Positions 36,136 to 46,438 of a stretch of DNA of 64,000 bases are shown piece by piece. The DNA is from an uncultured Desulfobulbaceae bacterium (GTDB lineage Bacteria; Desulfobacterota; Dissulfuribacteria; Dissulfuribacterales; DYLC01), in NCBI GenBank assembly GCA_964427245.1, contig CAYRSX010000040.1:91258-155257 (forward strand), in the 5' to 3' direction. Each line of letters opens with the position of its first letter. Position 1 is the stretch's first letter. The translations under genes were made by a program, and so were the position numbers. The notes under the pieces were generated by a model. The model ran no database searches, was not told where the DNA came from, and was given only the letters and a program-made list of their open reading frames with translations.

Positions 36136-36846
36136 ATGATAGCAAAAAGATTGAATGATGTCAGAGAAGAGATATGCAGGGCTGCATTGAGGGCAGGCCG
36201 AATGAATGCCGATGTGCGTCTGATGGCTGTCACCAAGGGTGTATCCGCTTTTGATATAGTTGAGGCGGTTCATTCGGGACAGTTTCTGTTTGGCGAGAAC
36301 TATATGCAGGAGGGCTGTTCCAAGATCGAGGGGGTCAAAGGGCTTTTGGCGAATGAAGTCCTGTCTTCACGTATGGAGTGGCATTTTATAGGGCATCTTC
36401 AGACCAATAAGGCCAGACTTGCGCTGGGCAGGTTTCATTGCCTGGAAACCCTGGACAGCATGGAACTGGCTCGCGAGCTGAACCGCAGGTGTGAAGCAAG
36501 GAAGATGCATCTGGACGTCCTGGTGCAGGTGAATATAGGGGACGATCCTGCCAAAAACGGCATTTCTCCTGTAAATGTGCGGAATTTTCTGCAGGCGCTT
36601 CGGCCATTTTCTAATCTTTGCATCAAAGGGTTCATGACTATTACACCATATTCTGAGGATTTGAAGCAAGTTCGATTGTGGTATCGTGAGTTAAGGCGCT
36701 TGAGGGATAAAATGCAGGAAGATTTTGACGATTTGCAGCTTGCAGAATTGTCCATGGGCATGTCCCATGATTTTATGGTTGCTGTAGAGGAAGGTGCAAC
36801 CATAGTGCGTGTGGGCACGGCAATCTTCGGTGAGAGATCGAGATAG
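36136..36846 (+). CDS. yggS: YggS-family PLP homeostasis protein
   Basis: 'LMAVTKGV' (PLP Lys), 'HFIGHLQTNK' and 'LSMGMSHD'. Confidence 0.85.
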   Translation: MIAKRLNDVREEICRAALRAGRMNADVRLMAVTKGVSAFDIVEAVHSGQFLFGENYMQEGCSKIEGVKGLLANEVLSSRMEWHFIGHLQTNKARLALGRFHCLETLDSMELARELNRRCEARKMHLDVLVQVNIGDDPAKNGISPVNVRNFLQALRPFSNLCIKGFMTITPYSEDLKQVRLWYRELRRLRDKMQEDFDDLQLAELSMGMSHDFMVAVEEGATIVRVGTAIFGERSR

Positions 36847-36864
36847 ATAGTAAAAGGAGTTGAT

Positions 36865-37239
36865 ATGTTTGAGATATTTATAAGAACGCACTTTTCGGCG
36901 GCTCATTATCTTCGGGATTATCCGGGCAATTGTGAACACCTGCATGGCCATAACTGGAATGTTGAGGTCTTTGTAAAGGCCAAGGAACTGGATGCCATAG
37001 ATATGGGCATAGACTTCAAGGTCCTGAAACGAGTGGTCAACGGTGTATTGGAAGAGCTGGACCACACCAACGTCAACGACCATCCGGCGTTTCAGGGACA
37101 GAATCCATCTTCTGAGCGCATCGCGCAATATATCTTCGACAAAGTGGAGCAGGAGCTGGCGTCGCATTCATCTGTTCAAGTTTCGAAGGTGGTGGTCTGT
37201 GAGACGCAGAATTCCGGCGTGGTCTATACAAGGGATTGA
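36865..37239 (+). CDS. queD: 6-carboxy-5,6,7,8-tetrahydropterin synthase
   Basis: 'FSAAHYLRDYPGNCEHLHGHNWNVEV' carries the Zn His triad and catalytic Cys. Confidence 0.9.
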   Translation: MFEIFIRTHFSAAHYLRDYPGNCEHLHGHNWNVEVFVKAKELDAIDMGIDFKVLKRVVNGVLEELDHTNVNDHPAFQGQNPSSERIAQYIFDKVEQELASHSSVQVSKVVVCETQNSGVVYTRD

Positions 37240-37251
37240 AAAGAAGGTTGA

Positions 37252-37893
37252 ATGTCCTTGCTGCGTGTGACAGAGATTTTTATCAGCCTGCAAGGTGAGG
37301 GAGCACATGTCGGCTGGCCGTGTTTTTTTGTGAGGCTGACCGGTTGCAATCTCCGTTGCAGCTATTGTGACAGCACATATGCCTATTCAGGCGGCGTGGA
37401 CATGGATTTGAAGGAGGTGCTGTCGATTTGGCGGAAAAGCGGCATCAGGTTGGTGCAGATTACAGGCGGCGAACCACTGTTGCAGTCAGCGGCAATCGGC
37501 CTTATGCGGAATCTACTGAATGCAGGGGCTGATGTGATTCTGGAGACGAACGGCAGCGTCTCTCTGCAAAATGTTCCTGAAAGGGTCGTAAAGGTCGTGG
37601 ACAGAAAGACGCCCGGAAGTGGTATGGAGTATGCCTGGTTGCCTGAAAACCTGCGGTTTATGAATTTTAAGGATCAGATTAAGTGTGTATTGACCAGTGA
37701 GGCCGATTATTTATGGGCAAGAGACTGGGTGCGTTCATGCGGGCTTTCCTTTTTTGCTCAGGTGATCTTTTCGCCTGCCTGGGGCAGAATAGCCCCTCGG
37801 GAATTGGCCAATTGGATTCTGCGGGATGGTTTGCAGGTCAGATTACAATTGCAATTGCATAAATTGCTTTGGGGAGACAGACGCGGTGTGTAA
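37252..37893 (+). CDS. queE: 7-carboxy-7-deazaguanine synthase (radical SAM)
   Basis: 'FISLQGEG' and the 'GCNLRCSYCDSTYA' CX3CX2C-type cluster motif. Confidence 0.9.
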   Translation: MSLLRVTEIFISLQGEGAHVGWPCFFVRLTGCNLRCSYCDSTYAYSGGVDMDLKEVLSIWRKSGIRLVQITGGEPLLQSAAIGLMRNLLNAGADVILETNGSVSLQNVPERVVKVVDRKTPGSGMEYAWLPENLRFMNFKDQIKCVLTSEADYLWARDWVRSCGLSFFAQVIFSPAWGRIAPRELANWILRDGLQVRLQLQLHKLLWGDRRGV

Positions 37894-37929
37894 GAGATGG
37901 ACTGTCACCATTTTTTTGAGAGAAAGCCG

Positions 37930-37958
37930 TTGACAGAGTTCTGTAAATGGAGTAATGA
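37930..37958 (+). promoter_or_regulatory. candidate sigma70-type promoter of the atp operon
   Basis: TTGACA (37930-37935), 17 nt, TAATGA (37953-37958). Pattern only. Confidence 0.3.
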
Positions 37959-38047
37959 CTTTTCAAGATTATGAATGACTCTTCATTTTTTATAACTTTT
38001 TGGTAAGCTTGTTTTTTTTAGAATATATATTTTGAAGGGAGAGGGTC

Positions 38048-38482
38048 ATGATTACCATAAATGTCTTTGACATTTCATTGCTGGTACAGATTGGCGCCAT
38101 GTTGCTGCTTATGGTCTTGTTGAATTCCATGCTCTACAAGCCCATGAGGCAGATGTTGAAGGACCGGGAAGATAAGCTTGCTTCCATGCGCAAAGAGGTC
38201 GAGAGGTATGAGGGGAATGCGACTCAATTACTGACTCAGTTTAATCAGAAACTCGCTGATGCCAGGCGGATGGGGCAGCAGCAGAAAGAGGCCTTGAAGA
38301 CCGAAGCGAGGGCCGAAGAAAAAGGCCTTATGTCTGCTGCAGCCAAGGAAAGCGACACCAAAAAGCAGCAGCTTTTATCAGAGCTGGCCGCGGATATAGC
38401 GAGTGTCAAACAGAACTTGGATGCCCAGGGCGAGGTCTTCGCTCGTGAAATTGCACAGAAGCTTTTGGGGAGGGCGGTGTAA
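38048..38482 (+). CDS. atpF2: F0F1 ATP synthase subunit b'
   Basis: Single N-terminal TM helix plus a long charged coiled coil. First gene of the atp block. Confidence 0.75.
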   Translation: MITINVFDISLLVQIGAMLLLMVLLNSMLYKPMRQMLKDREDKLASMRKEVERYEGNATQLLTQFNQKLADARRMGQQQKEALKTEARAEEKGLMSAAAKESDTKKQQLLSELAADIASVKQNLDAQGEVFAREIAQKLLGRAV

Positions 38483-39087
38483 TGAAAAGAAGGGTCTTGT
38501 GGTCTGTGGGGCGTTTTTTTGTTTCTTTTGCTTTGTGCCTGTGTTTTGCAGCTGTTGTCTTTGCATCAGAAGGCGGGGGGCATGAAGGTGGGCACGGTAT
38601 AACACACAGTCAGCTGATGAATTTTGTGTGGCATATCCTCAACTTCAGCATTCTCGTGGTGGTTTTGGTCAAATTTTTGAGAAAACCCATTACAGATGCC
38701 CTGGTTGGCCGTCGTGAGGCTATAAAGGCCTCCTTTGATGAGTTGGATCGCAGGCGGATGGATGCCGAGGCACAATATGCATCTTATCAAAAGAAGATGG
38801 CTGAAATGGATGCCGAGGCCGAACGTATTCTTAAGAATTTTGTTGAACAGGGCAATGCCGAGAAGCAGAAAATTATTGCGCAGGCCAAGGAATCCGCTGA
38901 GCGTGTTAAGATGCAAGCAGAGCTCTATATTCAGCAGGAGGTTGCTCGCGCCAAGCTGCAGCTTCAACGCGAGGTTGGCAATATGGCTGTAAAGATGGCT
39001 GGTGAGATTATTCAGACTAATATCACTGAAGAGGATCACAACCGGCTCATCAGTGAATATTTAGAAAGGGTGGTGCATAAAAATTGA
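38482..39087 (+). CDS. atpF: F0F1 ATP synthase subunit b
   Basis: TM helix plus coiled coil 'AEAERILKNFVEQGNAEKQKIIAQAKESAE'. Start overlaps the upstream stop (ATGA-type junction). Confidence 0.8.
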   Translation: MKRRVLWSVGRFFVSFALCLCFAAVVFASEGGGHEGGHGITHSQLMNFVWHILNFSILVVVLVKFLRKPITDALVGRREAIKASFDELDRRRMDAEAQYASYQKKMAEMDAEAERILKNFVEQGNAEKQKIIAQAKESAERVKMQAELYIQQEVARAKLQLQREVGNMAVKMAGEIIQTNITEEDHNRLISEYLERVVHKN

Positions 39088-39635
39088 TCAGCTCAATCAT
39101 AGCTAAAAGGTATGCAAGGGCCCTGTTCGCTGTCGCCAAGGAAGAAGGGCAGGTGGATGCAGTCGGGAATGCTCTGAAATCAGTGGGTGAATTTATGGCC
39201 CAGTCTCCGGAGATAGAATCGGCGTTGATAAATTCCATCTATCCTATGGAGCTGAAACGGAGCATAATGGAAGAGATTATCAAGGCCTATGAATTGCAAG
39301 GTGTTTTGGTGACCTTCCTTAAATTATTGGTGGAAAGACACAGAATACAATGCCTGGGGCAGATAGTTGAATCTTTTGCCGAATTCATGGACGAAGAGAC
39401 AGGTGTTGTGAGGGCTGTTGTAAAGACGGCTGTTCCGTTGTCTCCTGAACTTCAGGAGAAATTTGCCGAAGTGCTGGCGAGTATAAGCAAGAAGAAGATA
39501 CTTCTGCAGGTGAAGGCGGATCCCTCCATAATAGGAGGCGTGGTGGCCAGTATAGGCGATACAGTATGGGATGGAAGTATTAGGAGCCAGTTGCAGGGCT
39601 TCAAAGAATCTATAGAGAGGGGTGAATTGGTATAA
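39084..39635 (+). CDS. atpH: F0F1 ATP synthase subunit delta (OSCP)
   Basis: '[17 protein letters not shown]' and '[25 protein letters not shown]'. Confidence 0.9.
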   Translation: MISSIIAKRYARALFAVAKEEGQVDAVGNALKSVGEFMAQSPEIESALINSIYPMELKRSIMEEIIKAYELQGVLVTFLKLLVERHRIQCLGQIVESFAEFMDEETGVVRAVVKTAVPLSPELQEKFAEVLASISKKKILLQVKADPSIIGGVVASIGDTVWDGSIRSQLQGFKESIERGELV

Positions 39636-41158
39636 TGGCACAGATAAGAGCAGAAGAAATCAGTGACATCATCAAACGTCAGATAAAGGACTTCGAGAAG
39701 ACAATCGATCTCGCTGAAACCGGCACGATTTTGTCTATCGGCGATAATATCGCCCGTGTCTATGGCGTCAGAAACTGCATGGCTATGGAGCTTCTGGAGT
39801 TTCCTGGGGGTGTAATGGGAGTTGCTCTCAACCTTGAGCAGGACAACGTCGGTGTTGCCGTTATGGGTAACATAGAGGGCATCAAAGAGGGTGACCTGGT
39901 CAAGAGAACGGGGAGAATCGCCGAGGTGCCTGTGGGTGAGGCCATGTTGGGCCGCGTAGTGAATGCATTGGGTCAACCTATCGACGGCAAGGGCCCCATC
40001 AATGCCAAGGAGACCAGGCGTATCGAGATGAAGGCGCCCGGCGTTATTGATCGTAAAGGTGTGCATGAGCCATGTTATACCGGCTTGAAGGCCGTTGACG
40101 CCATGACTCCAGTTGGGAAGGGGCAGCGTGAGCTTATAATCGGTGACCGCCAGATCGGAAAGACAGCCATTGGTGTGGATGCCATCATAGCCCAGAAGAA
40201 TACTGGAGTTTTTTGTATTTATGTAGCCATTGGTCAGAAGCAGGCCACCGTGGCCCTGGTTGTGGAGGCCCTGCGTAAGCACGGCGCCCTTGCATACACC
40301 ACTGTAGTGGCTGCATCGGCCAGTGAGCCGGCATCCCTTCAGTATCTGTCGGCCTTTGCCGGATGCGCCATGGGTGAATATTTCAGAGACAAGGGCCAGC
40401 ATGCCCTGATCATCTACGACGATCTTTCCAAACAGGCTGTTGCCTATCGTGAGCTGTCGTTGTTGTTGCGCCGTCCGCCAGGACGTGAGGCATATCCCGG
40501 TGATATCTTTTACAATCACTCCAGATTGCTTGAGCGTGCTTCCAAGCAGAACGATGCCCTGGGGGCAGGCAGTCTGACTGCTCTGCCCATTATCGAGACA
40601 CAGCAGGGTGACGTTTCGGCATATATTCCAACCAACGTTATTTCCATCACCGATGGTCAGGTCTATCTGGAGCCATCTCTGTTCTTTGCAGGCAACAGGC
40701 CTGCCATCAACGTTGGTCTTTCGGTTTCTCGAGTCGGTGGTGCCGCACAGGTAAAGGCCATGAAACAGGTAGCCGGCACCCTGCGTCTGGATCTGGCCCA
40801 GTATCGTGAGCTGGCCGCATTTGCCCAGTTCGGTAGCGACCTGGATAAGGCCACGCAGCAACAGCTGAATCGTGGTGCAAGACTCGTTGAGATATTGAAG
40901 CAGCCTCAGTATCAGCCGCTGCCCATGGAAAAACAGGTGACCATTCTGTTCGCTGGGACCAGAGGTTTGTTGGATGAGCTGCCGGTAGAGGTTTTGCAAG
41001 ATTTCGAGCAGGAACTCTATGTCTTCATTGAAAAGAAATATCCTGCGATCTTCTCCGAGCTGGTGGAAAAACAGGTTATCAGTGATGAGTTAGACAAAAA
41101 AATGCGGGCGGCCATTCAGGAGTGCGTTAAAGAATTCAAGGCAAACCGTAATATATAA
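39635..41158 (+). CDS. atpA: F0F1 ATP synthase subunit alpha
   Basis: '[10 protein letters not shown]' P-loop with full-length conservation. Confidence 0.97.
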   Translation: MAQIRAEEISDIIKRQIKDFEKTIDLAETGTILSIGDNIARVYGVRNCMAMELLEFPGGVMGVALNLEQDNVGVAVMGNIEGIKEGDLVKRTGRIAEVPVGEAMLGRVVNALGQPIDGKGPINAKETRRIEMKAPGVIDRKGVHEPCYTGLKAVDAMTPVGKGQRELIIGDRQIGKTAIGVDAIIAQKNTGVFCIYVAIGQKQATVALVVEALRKHGALAYTTVVAASASEPASLQYLSAFAGCAMGEYFRDKGQHALIIYDDLSKQAVAYRELSLLLRRPPGREAYPGDIFYNHSRLLERASKQNDALGAGSLTALPIIETQQGDVSAYIPTNVISITDGQVYLEPSLFFAGNRPAINVGLSVSRVGGAAQVKAMKQVAGTLRLDLAQYRELAAFAQFGSDLDKATQQQLNRGARLVEILKQPQYQPLPMEKQVTILFAGTRGLLDELPVEVLQDFEQELYVFIEKKYPAIFSELVEKQVISDELDKKMRAAIQECVKEFKANRNI

Positions 41159-41169
41159 GGGAGTGAAAA

Positions 41170-42045
41170 ATGGCGGCCCTGAAAGATATCAAAAACAAGA
41201 TTGTAGGCGTTAAAAAGACGCAGCAGATTACCAAGGCCATGAACATGGTCGCTGCTGCCAAATTGCGTGGCGCCCAGTCGCGTATGGAGGACTTTCGTCC
41301 TTATGCAAGCAAGTTCGCTGCCGTCATGGGGCAACTTGCCGGCACGGCCAATCCCAGCACGTTCCCTTTGATGGCTGTGAGGCCTGTGAAGAAGGTCTTA
41401 GTGGTGCCGGTTACTGCTGATAGGGGGCTTTGCGGCTCTTTCAATACCAATATCCTCAATGCGGTGGAAAGGTTTGCCAAAACGCAGATAGCGGAAGGCC
41501 GTGAGGTAAAAATGGCCTGTATAGGCAAAAAAGCGGTTAATTATTTCAAGTCAAGGGGTTATGAGGTAGTTTACAGATTGGCTGATGTCATGGGCAATGT
41601 ACAGATGTTCAATGCCAGAGCCGCAGGCCAGGAGTTTATTCGGTTGTTTCTGGATGGGCAAGTGGATGAGGTGCAACTCCTTTATGGCCGGTTTGTAAAC
41701 GTCGTGACTCAAAAGCCGACCTTTAAGAAAATATTGCCCATCAGCAGTGAGGGTTTGGGTGATGCCGGTGCCGCAGCGAGTACTTCGGCATATACCTATG
41801 AGCCTGAGCCCGAGGCGATTCTCAATAACCTTATGCCCATGTATATCAATGTGCAGATATTCCATGCCATGCTGGAAACCGCTGCCAGCGAACAGGCTGC
41901 ACGTATGACTTCCATGGACAATGCTACGCGGGCATGCAAAGATATAATCAGCAGCCTGACACTGACATATAACAAGGCCAGACAGGGCGCTATCACCAAG
42001 GAACTCATGGACATCGTTGGTGGTGCAGAAGCCCTTAAGGGTTAA
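41170..42045 (+). CDS. atpG: F0F1 ATP synthase subunit gamma
   Basis: 'LKDIKNKIVGVKKTQQITKAMNMVAAAKLR' and C-terminal 'ITKELMDIVGGAEAL'. Confidence 0.95.
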   Translation: MAALKDIKNKIVGVKKTQQITKAMNMVAAAKLRGAQSRMEDFRPYASKFAAVMGQLAGTANPSTFPLMAVRPVKKVLVVPVTADRGLCGSFNTNILNAVERFAKTQIAEGREVKMACIGKKAVNYFKSRGYEVVYRLADVMGNVQMFNARAAGQEFIRLFLDGQVDEVQLLYGRFVNVVTQKPTFKKILPISSEGLGDAGAAASTSAYTYEPEPEAILNNLMPMYINVQIFHAMLETAASEQAARMTSMDNATRACKDIISSLTLTYNKARQGAITKELMDIVGGAEALKG

Positions 42046-42085
42046 TCTCATCTGATAGAAGATAAGCCAAGGGAGGAATGAATAG

Positions 42086-43498
<1,413 letters not shown>

Positions 43499-43520
43499 TA
43501 ACAGCATACAGGAAAATTCT

Positions 43521-43937
43521 ATGGCAAACAAAATTCTATTGGAGGTCGTTACTCCTACACGTTTGGTGGTAAGTGAAGAGGTCGATTTGGCGACTGTTTC
43601 CGGTGATGCCGGTGTGTTTGGTGTAATGGCCAATCATACGCCTTTGTTATCGACCTTGAAGATCGGTGAGATGTGTTATACCGTGGATGGAAAGAGCACC
43701 AGAATGGCCTTGAGCTCAGGATTTTGTGAGATATCCAAGAACAGAATGACTGTTTTGGTGGAGGCTGCTGAATTTGCCGCAGAGATAGACGTGAATCGCG
43801 CATTAAAGGCCAAGGAGCGCGCCGAAAGGCGGCTTCAGGAGGCTCAGATTCAGCGGGAAAAGATTGATTTGGTGAGGGCCCAGGCCGCTTTTGCCAGGGC
43901 AATGACCCGTCTGAAGGTAGCCGGTCATAACACATAG
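43521..43937 (+). CDS. atpC: F0F1 ATP synthase subunit epsilon
   Basis: 'LEVVTPTRLVVSEEVDLATVSGDAGVFGVMANHTPLLS'. Confidence 0.9.
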   Translation: MANKILLEVVTPTRLVVSEEVDLATVSGDAGVFGVMANHTPLLSTLKIGEMCYTVDGKSTRMALSSGFCEISKNRMTVLVEAAEFAAEIDVNRALKAKERAERRLQEAQIQREKIDLVRAQAAFARAMTRLKVAGHNT

Positions 43938-43963
43938 GCCATTTGTTTTGGTGAATTGAAAAA

Positions 43964-43988
43964 GGCAAGCGAATCGCTTGCCTTTTTT
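43964..43988 (+). terminator. rho-independent terminator after atpC
   Basis: ggcaagcg-aat-cgcttgcc followed by TTTTTT. Confidence 0.75.
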
Positions 43989-43999
43989 ATGGATACAGT

Positions 44000-44959
44000 A
44001 TGGAAAATCTGACTGCAATTGTACTGGCTGCCGGCAAGGGCACCAGAATGCGTTCGGCCTTACCCAAGGTCATGCATAATCTTCTTGGAAAGCCGCTGCT
44101 TTCTTGGGGGCTGGACGTTATAAAGGAGATGGGCATTTCACGAGTGCAGGTTGTCATAGGCCACGGTAAGGATATTTTGGAACCGTATCTGAAAAATCGT
44201 GGTGTTACTGCTATATTGCAGGAAGAACAGCATGGAACAGGCCATGCTGTAGCCTGTTGCAGACATGCTTTACAGGATTTCAGGGGTGATGCCCTGATTT
44301 TGTGTGGTGATACTCCGCTTTTGACCACTTCCACCCTTGCCACCTTTCTGAAGCTGCATCGCGCACAGCGCTCCGGCCTATCTGTTCTTTCCGCTGTTGC
44401 TGACGATCCCACAGGTTATGGCAGAATAGTCAGGAATGGAACAGGCCGTTTTTTGTCCATCGTGGAAGAGAAAGATGCGCCGTTATCTGTCAAGGAGATT
44501 CATGAGATCAATACCGGCGTTTATCTTGTGGCCGTTCCTTTGATCTTTGAATTATTGAAGCATGTCAGAGCGGATAACGCCCAAAATGAATATTATCTGA
44601 CGGATATCGTCAGTATCGGGCTGAGTTCAGGCCTTACTGTGAGTGCCTTTTGTGAGGCATCGTTTGAGGAGGCCTTTGGTATCAATTCCCGTATCGAGCT
44701 GTCACGCGCCGAAGACCTGTTGTTGAAACGATTGAGGGCAAAATGGATGTCGGCGGGTGTAACCTTCCAACTTGCCGACAGTATATATCTGGAAGCGGGT
44801 GTGCAATTGGCTCAGGATGTGGTTCTTGAGCCTCATGTGGTCTTAAAAGGAGATACAGTGATAGAGGCTGGTGTGCAAGTGGGCGCCTTTTCTTATTTGC
44901 AGGATGCATTGGTAAAAAGTGGTTGCCGTCTTCCGCCATATACAATCATGCGAGGTTAA
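44000..44959 (+). CDS. glmU: GlmU-like UDP-GlcNAc pyrophosphorylase with truncated left-handed beta-helix (acetyltransferase part missing)
   Basis: 'AIVLAAGKGTRMRSALPKVMHNLLGKPLL' and 'YYLTDIV'. The ORF is only 319 aa and stops after a few hexapeptide turns ('VVLEPHVVLKGDTVIEAGVQVGAFSYL'). Confidence 0.7.
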   Translation: MENLTAIVLAAGKGTRMRSALPKVMHNLLGKPLLSWGLDVIKEMGISRVQVVIGHGKDILEPYLKNRGVTAILQEEQHGTGHAVACCRHALQDFRGDALILCGDTPLLTTSTLATFLKLHRAQRSGLSVLSAVADDPTGYGRIVRNGTGRFLSIVEEKDAPLSVKEIHEINTGVYLVAVPLIFELLKHVRADNAQNEYYLTDIVSIGLSSGLTVSAFCEASFEEAFGINSRIELSRAEDLLLKRLRAKWMSAGVTFQLADSIYLEAGVQLAQDVVLEPHVVLKGDTVIEAGVQVGAFSYLQDALVKSGCRLPPYTIMRG

Positions 44960-44977
44960 CGGATTTATTGTAAAGGC

Positions 44978-45178
44978 ATGGCATACCGTCTTATACCATC
45001 TGTTCTTTATTGCGAGCGCAACCGAGCAACCCGGAAAATGTGGTGAATGATATATAACTGATTAAATATATTAGGCTATAGGTAAATTATATTTTAAAAC
45101 TTGAATTGCTTCGTCGCTTCGCTCATCGCAAGGATAAACCGTTGTGCGTCAGTTAGATGGTGGATTAAAGGATGCCAT
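44978..45178. repeat. ~200-bp composite palindromic element with two inverted 'attgcgag...gaagcaat' cores
   Basis: Outer arms atggcat..ccatct (44978-45001) and agatgg..atgccat (45155-45178). Inner cores at 45008-45030 and 45105-45134 in inverted orientation, around an AT-rich centre. Confidence 0.7.
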
Positions 45179-45239
45179 CTACCTTGACGAATAATCGTTT
45201 TCTGTTTATTTATATAAAAAAAGACTGGAGAAAATAATT

Positions 45240-45479
45240 GTGGAAGATCAGGATATAAAATTACTTGAAGAAAAAATAGACAGCTTGGTGAAATATTGTG
45301 AGACCCTGCGTATGGAAAAACAGGAGTTACACAATAAATTAAACGAAGCCATGGTTGCTCTGAATAAAATGTGTGAGGAGAGAAATTCTATACGTGAACG
45401 GGTCGTTACCCTCGTGGATAAGATAGACCGTTTGGGGGATATGCCCGCCAACTCAATTGAAAGTAATTCTGCGGATTGA
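45240..45479 (+). CDS. small coiled-coil protein, ZapB-like
   Basis: 79-aa heptad-rich sequence 'LLEEKIDSLVKYCETLRMEKQELHNKLNEA'. GTG start with GGAG upstream. Its stop overlaps the zapA ATG. Confidence 0.45.
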   Translation: MEDQDIKLLEEKIDSLVKYCETLRMEKQELHNKLNEAMVALNKMCEERNSIRERVVTLVDKIDRLGDMPANSIESNSAD

Positions 45480-45781
45480 TGAGCATGTCTGACCATTGTC
45501 CGGCAACAGTACGGCTTGATTTTTTTGGACAGATATATGAACTGAAGGCGGATGATCCGGAAGTGGATATGAGTGTGCTTGTCGATTATTTGAATAGAAA
45601 AATTGATGAAATAGAGGCCAGTAACAGTAAGTTGTTGCCTCACAAAATGGTTGTTTTAGCATTTCTAAGCATTGGTAAAGATTATATTGCTACACAAAAG
45701 AAACTAAATGACCTGGAGACTGCATATTCCAGTCAAGTGAATAAATTGGTTTCTAAAATAAACAGCGTAATAGCTGTTTGA
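45479..45781 (+). CDS. zapA: cell division protein ZapA
   Basis: 'VRLDFFGQIYELKADDPEVDMSVLVDYLNRKIDEI...MVVLAFLSIGKDYI' follows the ZapA family pattern. Confidence 0.75.
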   Translation: MSMSDHCPATVRLDFFGQIYELKADDPEVDMSVLVDYLNRKIDEIEASNSKLLPHKMVVLAFLSIGKDYIATQKKLNDLETAYSSQVNKLVSKINSVIAV

Positions 45782-45790
45782 TTTTTTTGT

Positions 45791-45972
45791 TTTTCCCCTG
45801 CTGTGTTCGTTAACGGCAGTATGTCTTTGAGCCAACACTCCCAAAAAGGGCAGTGCCTCTTTATATGGCGTGGACAGGATTTCGGTCTTGTCCCCATGAG
45901 TATAAATGTACCGCCCACCCTGAGCAATCAGGTTCTTTTGACACTGTTGTGACGGCATTGGCGGGGGATTTA
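45791..45972 (+). ncRNA. ssrS: 6S RNA
   Basis: Lies immediately 3' of zapA, as in E. coli. The 5' 'cccctgc' pairs with the 3' 'gcggggg', and 'acggcagt' pairs with 'actgttgt'. 'GUGUUCG', 'UGAGCC' and 3' 'ACGGCAU' resemble E. coli SsrS as recalled from memory. Ends are approximate. Confidence 0.65.
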
Positions 45973-46438
45973 TATATTTAGGAACAGATGGTTGTTGCAC
46001 ATAAACCGGTTGGTTGATGTGATGTATCTGATTGTTAGGCGATTATAGAGAACGGTATGCAGACAGGTTTCTTTGCAGCCTGATATTTATTTGAGGGTAT
46101 CTCTAAAGATGGTCGGTTTGTCTGATAAAAAAACGCTCAGTTTTATTTGCGTATATGTAATTTTTTGTTCAGTTTAGACTATGCATTCTAGGCAGGTTCT
46201 GCCGGTGAAGTCAAGTGCAGGGTCTGTAGGCAAAACCGCTGTTTTTTTAGAGACACTATTGAAATATAATATAGCCGGTTTGCCGGGCACATGTTCAAAA
46301 CTTGTTTTTCTCCCGCCTCTATAAGATTTTGCCAGGTAGCACCATAAGTTTACTGGCAATTGCTTACCGGTCGTTCAGCCGCCATCTTTCTTCCCCTGCC
46401 TGACAAGGTCAGTTTGCATTTAATGGAAAGGTGTTGCC

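Noticed and set aside
39452-40999. 515-aa ORF antisense to atpA
   Set aside because: Its codons are exactly phase-aligned with the atpA codons (40997-39635 is divisible by 3). Antisense stops would therefore need sense TTA, CTA or TCA codons, which this highly expressed gene avoids. The composition is Leu/Gly/Gln-rich and not protein-like, and the atpA assignment is unambiguous.
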